Notes under the pieces: generated by a model
Seen by the model: the letters and a program-made list of their open reading frames with translations, nothing else
Told to the model about the DNA's origin: nothing
Database searches by the model: none
Translations under genes and position numbers: made by a program
In this document: positions 58,914-64,000 of the stretch, one piece after another
Layout of the letters: every line of letters starts with the position of its first letter
How positions within the stretch are numbered: the stretch's first letter is position 1
DNA from: an uncultured Verrucomicrobiae bacterium
Lineage (GTDB): Bacteria > Verrucomicrobiota > Verrucomicrobiia > Limisphaerales > UBA8199
Length of the DNA stretch: 64,000 nt
Assembly: GCA_963822005.1 (NCBI GenBank)
Contig: CAWGGD010000029.1
Location: 83,368-147,367 of the forward strand
Reading direction: 5' to 3'

Positions 58914-59654
58914 ATGAAGAAATTACCCTTTCGTACCCTCCTAATCACTGGTGCGGCGCTCGTTTTTGGCCTGGCGACTGCACAAGGGCAGCCGTACCAG
59001 TACTTTGACGTCGCTGACGGCTTTTATCACAGCCCCGTCGGTGTCTCTAATACCTTTCGAGCGAGCAATGGCTCATCCACTGACTGGATTGGGACTGTCG
59101 ATGGCACCCCTAATTGGCGCTTCCGTGATGTATCAGGTCCCGGGGTTCCGTCGTATGGCTCGAGCGCGTACGATGGCCGATTCGCCGGCCCTGACCCAGC
59201 CCTCTACACGCTTCTCGGCGGACTTCAGGCGAACACGACGTACCTGAGCGTGCGCGTTTACGGCGTGTATCCCAGGGCGGTAACGAATTTGCCCGTTTCA
59301 ACCGCCTCCAGGTACGGAGCGGAGTTCAGTATTGATGCAGGTACCACTTGGGTGGATGTGGATAGCCACATGGTCGGCTCGTATACTTGGGTTGACAACT
59401 TGAATGGTGGCATCGGTAATGTGCTGCCAGCGCCGGGCACTGGTGACACCCGGTTCTTCTCCTATCTCCCTTCAGTGACGACGGACGCCAACGGTGTAGC
59501 GCGGATTGATATTCGGATCCCGCAGCTTTTGAGCGATAATTCGGCCCAGGACAGGTTCATTCTTGACGGCTACGCCGTGAGCATTCCTGAACCATCCATC
59601 TTGGCTTTAGCAGGGCTGGGCATCGTCGCGTTGTTGACCTTGCGCAGGCGTTGA
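58914..59654 (+). CDS. PEP-CTERM sorting-domain protein
   Basis: 246-aa ORF with signal peptide MKKLPFRTLLITGAALVFGLATAQG. The C-terminus IPEPSILALAGLGIVALLTLRRR is a PEP motif, a transmembrane helix and a basic tail. Confidence 0.8.
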   Translation: MKKLPFRTLLITGAALVFGLATAQGQPYQYFDVADGFYHSPVGVSNTFRASNGSSTDWIGTVDGTPNWRFRDVSGPGVPSYGSSAYDGRFAGPDPALYTLLGGLQANTTYLSVRVYGVYPRAVTNLPVSTASRYGAEFSIDAGTTWVDVDSHMVGSYTWVDNLNGGIGNVLPAPGTGDTRFFSYLPSVTTDANGVARIDIRIPQLLSDNSAQDRFILDGYAVSIPEPSILALAGLGIVALLTLRRR

Positions 59655-59682
59655 TAAGCCCAAGACTCAATCAGTTGTGAGC

Positions 59683-59710
59683 AGCCGCCCTTCGGGGCGG
59701 CTTCTGTTTT
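59683..59710 (+). terminator. Rho-independent terminator candidate after the PEP-CTERM gene
   Basis: An 8-bp GC-rich stem (agccgccc at 59683-90, gggcggct at 59695-702) with tetraloop ttcg, followed by tctgtttt, 29 nt after the stop codon. Confidence 0.6.
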
Positions 59711-60071
59711 GCGGCGGGCCTCCCCCGCACAACATGGTGTGCTGATTTGCTGTCGCTGTTCATTCTTCACAAGAAGGGCGGGGGGCGACTCCGCCCTTTG
59801 TTCTGCGCCTCGACCTTGCGACTATCCCCCTCTATGCTCCGGCTCCGACAAACAGCGCGCTGAAGCCGCCGTTCGAAGCGGTGGCTCGCGGAAGCGCTCC
59901 TACGGCCGTGTGCCAAAGAACGCACCTGCCCCGTGTCCATCCAGCGTCCCTCCGTTGTTCCCCTACCGGTGGCATGGTCCCTCTGCGGTATCCTTTCCGT
60001 GCGCATCCCTTGTGCACCCCTTGTGCATATAGGGATATAACGTTAACGTCGGCCCGATGGCAGGCGGTGTC

Positions 60072-61418
60072 TCACCCGGTAAATAATGAGCCTTGCGACT
60101 TCGCCGGCGCAGGCAAGGGGCACCCGCAGATCCTGGCCATCCGCGCGACGTAACTCCCGTCCACGCCCTCCACAAAAGGCAGCAATTCCCGCGTCCGTTC
60201 CAGTTTGAATTCAGGGTGCGCCCCGAGGAATTCGTGCACTACCTCACCGTTCTCCTCCGGCTCCAGGCTGCACGTGCTGTAAACCAGCGTGCCGCCCGGT
60301 TTCAGGAGCCCAGCCGCCTGAAGCAACAGCTCTCGCTGGGTCGCGCGCAGCCGCCGGATTTCCCCCGGCCGAATCCGCCAGCGCAAATCCAGTCGCCGCC
60401 GCATGACCCCGGTGTTGGAGCACGGGGCATCTATCAGGATGCGCTCAAACAGAGTTGAGGGTTGAGGGTTGAGGGTTGAGGGTGAGACAGTCTGGACGCA
60501 GGTTACCCCCAGCCGCGTGCAGTTCTGCTCGACCAGTCGCAGGCGCTCCGGAGAAGTCTCATGCGCCACGAGGCAGCCCGCGTTGCCCATGAGCTGGGCG
60601 ATGTAGGTCAGCTTCCCCCCGGGCGCGGCGCAGAGGTCCAGCACGCGTTCCCCGGGCCGCGGCTCGAGTTCGCGCACTGCCAGCAGTGTGCTCGGGTCCT
60701 GCACGTAGAACCAGCCCTCCTGGAAGCTGCCCAGCCGGCTCAGCGGCGGGTGCGATTTCAGCTCGAACACCAGGTTCTCCTCGAGCCAGTCCCGGCTGAC
60801 AAAATCATATTCCACCCCCTCCTCGCGCCACCGGCTCAGCAACTTGCCGGGATCGGCCTTCAGCAGGTTCACGCGGGCGAAAACTTTCGGTGGCGTGTTG
60901 TTCCACTCCATCAATTGGACCGCCCGCTCGGTGTCCCACCGCTGCTGCCAGCGCGCCACCAGCCACTCCGGGTGGGAATAGCCGAGATGCGGCTGCTCCC
61001 GCTTCAACCCGGCCAGCGCCTGCCGGGTCGCCTCCAGTTCGCGCGAATAGGACCGCAGGACCGCGTTGACGAATCCCGCCTGCGCTCCCAGGCCGCTTCG
61101 CTTGGCCAGCTCCACGGTCTCGTGCACGGCGGCGTGGTCGGGGATGCGATCGAGCCAGAAGATCTGGTAGAGGCCGAGCCGCAGCAGGTCTTGCAGCCGG
61201 GGCTTCTGCAGACGCGCGTCGGTCTTGCGCGCGATCAGCCAATCCAGCGTCGCCTGCCAGCGGACGATGCCGTAGACCAGCTCCTGGCACAGGTGCCGGT
61301 CGGCGGCCGAAAGCTCCGCCCGGGCCAGCGCCGCCTCAAGCCGCGCTTCGACATATTCCCCGCCCGCAGCCCCCCCCAGGATGCGCAGTGCAATTTCTCT
61401 TGGTTTTTCGCGGCTCAC
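60072..61418 (-). CDS. rsmB: 16S rRNA (cytosine-C5)-methyltransferase RsmB/Sun
   Basis: 448-aa ORF with a NusB-like N-domain. ...FQEGWFYVQDPSTLLAV..., SAM site VLDLCAAPGGKLTY, catalytic ...IDAPCSNTGVMRRR... and ...TLVYSTCSLEPEENGEVV.... Confidence 0.9.
   Translation of the reverse strand: MSREKPREIALRILGGAAGGEYVEARLEAALARAELSAADRHLCQELVYGIVRWQATLDWLIARKTDARLQKPRLQDLLRLGLYQIFWLDRIPDHAAVHETVELAKRSGLGAQAGFVNAVLRSYSRELEATRQALAGLKREQPHLGYSHPEWLVARWQQRWDTERAVQLMEWNNTPPKVFARVNLLKADPGKLLSRWREEGVEYDFVSRDWLEENLVFELKSHPPLSRLGSFQEGWFYVQDPSTLLAVRELEPRPGERVLDLCAAPGGKLTYIAQLMGNAGCLVAHETSPERLRLVEQNCTRLGVTCVQTVSPSTLNPQPSTLFERILIDAPCSNTGVMRRRLDLRWRIRPGEIRRLRATQRELLLQAAGLLKPGGTLVYSTCSLEPEENGEVVHEFLGAHPEFKLERTRELLPFVEGVDGSYVARMARICGCPLPAPAKSQGSLFTG
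60455..60482. repeat. heptanucleotide tandem repeat (TTGAGGG)x4 inside rsmB
   Basis: ttgaggg at 60455, 60462, 60469 and 60476. The minus strand translates it in frame as ..SPSTLNPQPSTL.. just before FERILIDAPCS. It is the same unit as at 19766-19793. Confidence 0.95.
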
Positions 61419-61469
61419 CGCGTTTAATTAACCCGCTCTAATCAGGGGACGCGAGCGTTAAGATACTTT

Positions 61470-63347
61470 ATGAGAGAAGAATTCGAGAAGATGGCGGCGG
61501 CGGGCAAGCTGGAGCGACACCACATTGAAGCCCTGGTGCAATTGACCGACACCGGTTTCTGCATGCACCGGAGCTGGGGCTTCGGGCGCATCCGGGAGGT
61601 GGATACGGTCTTTGCCCGCTTCATCATTGATTTCGACAACAAAGCCGGCCACACGATGGACCTGGCCTTCGCCGCCGCCTCGCTCAAGCCGATTCCCAAA
61701 GACCACATCCTCGCGCGCAAAGCGGCTGACTCGGAACAGTTGCGCCAAATGGCGGCCACGCAGCACCTTGAGCTCGTGCGGCTGGTGTTGAACAGCTACG
61801 ACGGCAAGGCCACCGTGGACCAGATCCAGCAGGCGCTGGTGCCCGAAGTGATCTCCACTGACTGGAAGAAATGGTGGGAAGCCGCCCGGCGCGAACTCAA
61901 GAAGGACGGCCATTTCCAGGTGCCGCTCAAAAAGACCGAGCCCATCGTCTATCAGGTCAAGGAGATTTCCCTGCAGGAACGCCTGATGGATGCGTTCCGC
62001 GCGGCCAAAGGGCTAAAAGCCCGCCTCGCCGTTGCCGGCGAACTGCTCCGAAACGCCCACGACCTCACCGACAAAGGGGCCGCCGCCACCGAGATCATCG
62101 CCACGCTCAACACCGAAATCGCCAGCCACCAGCGCACCCAGCCGGCGGTCGCGCTCGAAGCCGTCTTTGTCCGGGATGACATTCGCGAGGTGGTCGGCCT
62201 GACGGCGGGCGAAGGCGAAATCACGACGCCGGTGATTTGGGCGCAGAATGCGGCGCTCGGCCCGCTGGTGGAGCAGCTTCCCGCCACCAAGCATCGCCGG
62301 GCGCTCGAGTCGTTCAAGGCCGCCAACCCCGAGCATTGGCGCGCGGCGGTGCAGATGGCGCTCACCACGGTCTCGGCGAAGGTGTGCCGCGAACTGGCCG
62401 GCCTCCTGATTCAGGAGGGCCGGATCGAGCAGCTCAAGGAGACCGTCGCCCGGCTCATCAGCCAGCACACCGCCAGCAGCGAGCTCCTGCTCTGGCTTGC
62501 CAAGGACCGCAATGACTCCTTTGCCGACATCCTCGGGCCGGAAGTTTTCCGCGCCATGCTCACCGCCATGGAGCGCGACCAGTTCAACGAGCGCCGCTCC
62601 AACCGGTTGCGCGATTTCATTCTCGACGATCAGAAACTGCTGGTGGAGCTGATCGGCTCCGCCGACTTCGAAGTCATCAAAGACCTCACGCGCGCCCTGC
62701 AGCTCTCGCCCGCATTCGACGACATGGATAAGCGGTCGCTGCTGGCGCGCATCGTCAAGAGCTACCCGGCCATCCAGACGCTGATCTCGGGGGAGCAAAC
62801 CCGGCAGGAAGCGCCCCTGCTGGTGTCCTGGGAAAGCCTGGAACGGTGCAAGAATGAATACCGCGAACTGGTCGAGAAGAAGATCCCGGCCAACTCGAAG
62901 GAAATTGCGGTGGCCCGCAGCTATGGCGACCTCAGCGAGAACCACGAATACAAGGCGGCCAAGGAAATGCAGAAGCTGCTGATGAAGCGCAAGGCCGACC
63001 TGGAGATCGGGCTGGTGCGCGCCCGGGGCACTGATTTCGCGGCGCCACGCACCGACGTCGCCAGCATCGGCACGGTGGTGCACGCGACCGACCTGGCCAC
63101 CAACCAGCCGGAGCACTTCACCCTCCTCGGCGCCTGGGATTCCGACCCGGAGAATGACATCGTCAGCTACCTGTCCCCCGTCGCCCAAGCCCTCCTCGGC
63201 CACAAAGTCGGCGACGAGGTCGAGTTCGAAATCCACGGCGTGGTCCACCGCCACCGCCTCGAGGCCATTCAACCGTACAAGACGGCACCGAGCTCTCCGC
63301 CCCCGGCGGGGGGCGACGCCAGCGCGGAGGCGACGCCCGTCGCCTGA
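61470..63347 (+). CDS. greA: GreA/GreB-family transcript cleavage factor with ~450-aa N-terminal extension
   Basis: 625-aa ORF. The C-terminal ~160 aa form a Gre module (...IAVARSYGDLSENHEYKAAKEMQ..., ...VSYLSPVAQALLGHKVGDEVEF...). It is preceded by a long helical region and lies divergent from rsmB with a 51-bp spacer. Confidence 0.8.
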   Translation: MREEFEKMAAAGKLERHHIEALVQLTDTGFCMHRSWGFGRIREVDTVFARFIIDFDNKAGHTMDLAFAAASLKPIPKDHILARKAADSEQLRQMAATQHLELVRLVLNSYDGKATVDQIQQALVPEVISTDWKKWWEAARRELKKDGHFQVPLKKTEPIVYQVKEISLQERLMDAFRAAKGLKARLAVAGELLRNAHDLTDKGAAATEIIATLNTEIASHQRTQPAVALEAVFVRDDIREVVGLTAGEGEITTPVIWAQNAALGPLVEQLPATKHRRALESFKAANPEHWRAAVQMALTTVSAKVCRELAGLLIQEGRIEQLKETVARLISQHTASSELLLWLAKDRNDSFADILGPEVFRAMLTAMERDQFNERRSNRLRDFILDDQKLLVELIGSADFEVIKDLTRALQLSPAFDDMDKRSLLARIVKSYPAIQTLISGEQTRQEAPLLVSWESLERCKNEYRELVEKKIPANSKEIAVARSYGDLSENHEYKAAKEMQKLLMKRKADLEIGLVRARGTDFAAPRTDVASIGTVVHATDLATNQPEHFTLLGAWDSDPENDIVSYLSPVAQALLGHKVGDEVEFEIHGVVHRHRLEAIQPYKTAPSSPPPAGGDASAEATPVA

Positions 63348-63401
63348 TTTGCCGCCGCGCTGGAGGCCAGGCTTCGGATCGCAAGCCGCCAACCCGTGGC
63401 C

Positions 63402-63854
63402 TTACGGCTTGCCGCCGAAAGTCACGTAGTCATCGAGGTCGAGCAGGTCGAACCAGGTGGCGATGTCTTCGCGTTGGGGCGCGATCTTGCCGTGCGTCTG
63501 GTGGAAGAACTCGCGGGATTCGGTGTCCGCGGGCGCCCGCTGTTCCGCGTAAGCCGACCAAGTCAGGATTTCCGGCTCCGTGCGCTTGTGCCTCGCGTTC
63601 TTCTGAAGCCATTGCAGGATTTCGGTGTCGCCCTTGCCGGCGGCGAGCTGTTTCTTGAGCGCGTTGGCCTTAACGCCAACGAAGTTCAGGAACCGCTGGT
63701 CGAGGGGGCAGGCGTAATAGTATTCGCCGTTCTTGCCAGCGACTGTGGCGCGGCCTTTGTCCAACATGCGCGGCAGAATGACGTAGCCGCCGAGCCGCAC
63801 GCGGGGGCTGCGGGGCGGGTGTTGCGTTAGATCAGGAGCGTTTTTCAGACTCAT
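63402..63854 (-). CDS. DUF5069-like protein
   Basis: ORF 63402-63989 trimmed to ATG 63854. MSLKNAPDLTQHPPRSPRVRLGGYVILPRMLDKGRATVAGKNGEYYYACPLDQRFLNFVG... matches what I recall of the DUF5069 family; this needs an HMM check. Confidence 0.55.
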   Translation of the reverse strand: MSLKNAPDLTQHPPRSPRVRLGGYVILPRMLDKGRATVAGKNGEYYYACPLDQRFLNFVGVKANALKKQLAAGKGDTEILQWLQKNARHKRTEPEILTWSAYAEQRAPADTESREFFHQTHGKIAPQREDIATWFDLLDLDDYVTFGGKP

Positions 63855-64000
63855 AGGGTATCTAAGGGTCTCACGCAGGGATGGCGTAGATCGCTGGGCG
63901 ATACAGAGGCTTGGGGATGGGCTTGCGCCGGGCTCGGCACGTTTCGAGCCAGGCCTTCTTGGCAATCTGTACCTCCCGTAACGCTTCATCCGGACTGCGG

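Noticed and set aside
59774-59798. Second hairpin (aagggcgg...ccgccctt) as a terminator
   Set aside because: The 8-bp stem has a 9-nt loop and only a weak T-tract (tgttctg). It is 120 nt beyond the better terminator and 270 nt from the rsmB stop, which is too weak to call.
60007-60027. Tandem 11-bp direct repeat cccttgtgca(c)cccttgtgca downstream of rsmB
   Set aside because: There are only two copies, with no flanking promoter or ORF context, so it could easily be chance.
62013-63392. 459-aa minus-strand ORF
   Set aside because: It is antisense to the greA-like gene, which carries clear Gre motifs. Its composition is typical of a GC-rich shadow frame.

Overview
GC-rich chromosomal segment (roughly 60% by eye). 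The gene content points to a PVC-superphylum bacterium, most likely Verrucomicrobiota: a DUF1559/H-X9-DG-like prepilin protein, a PEP-CTERM protein, giant proteins with autotransporter-associated (PATR) beta-strand repeats, and an N-terminally extended GreA. Most of the window is one carbohydrate-active-enzyme island aimed at rhamnose/fucose/arabinose-decorated pectin (rhamnogalacturonan-type substrates). It has four parts. (i) A plus-strand rhamnose operon at 282-9718: GH78, a sialidase-fold protein, a URO-D-fold protein, RhaT, RhaM and a six-hairpin-like hydrolase. (ii) A 29.6-kb, 15-gene minus-strand array at 9719-39302 with all gaps <=96 bp: a GH43/GH29 fusion, GH95, DUF3826, three PL1 pectate lyases, GH127, several unassigned hydrolases, a second URO-D-fold protein, a Tat-exported xylose-isomerase-like TIM barrel, a giant beta-helix protein and a pseudopilin. 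(iii) A rearrangement scar at 39.8-44.0 kb: a palindromic repeat array, an internally inverted IS256-family element carrying a nested IS5-family element, and two GH78 remnants around a second DUF3826 gene. (iv) A plus-strand array at 44023-58501: three more multidomain PL1 lyases and a heavily frameshifted second GH95. After the island come a PEP-CTERM gene, rsmB, a long greA-like gene and a DUF5069-like gene. Four things stand out. There are eleven single-base frame disruptions, mostly extra bases and often in short homopolymers, with five in one gene. There are four heptanucleotide microsatellites inside coding regions. Five of the six lyases share an EF-hand pair, and four share a C-terminal module ending ...FYRV or FFRAFAL. 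Two URO-D/MtaA-like genes are translationally coupled to glycosidases. I saw no rRNA, tRNA, CRISPR array or recognisable defence system. All family calls are motif recognition by eye and need HMM confirmation.
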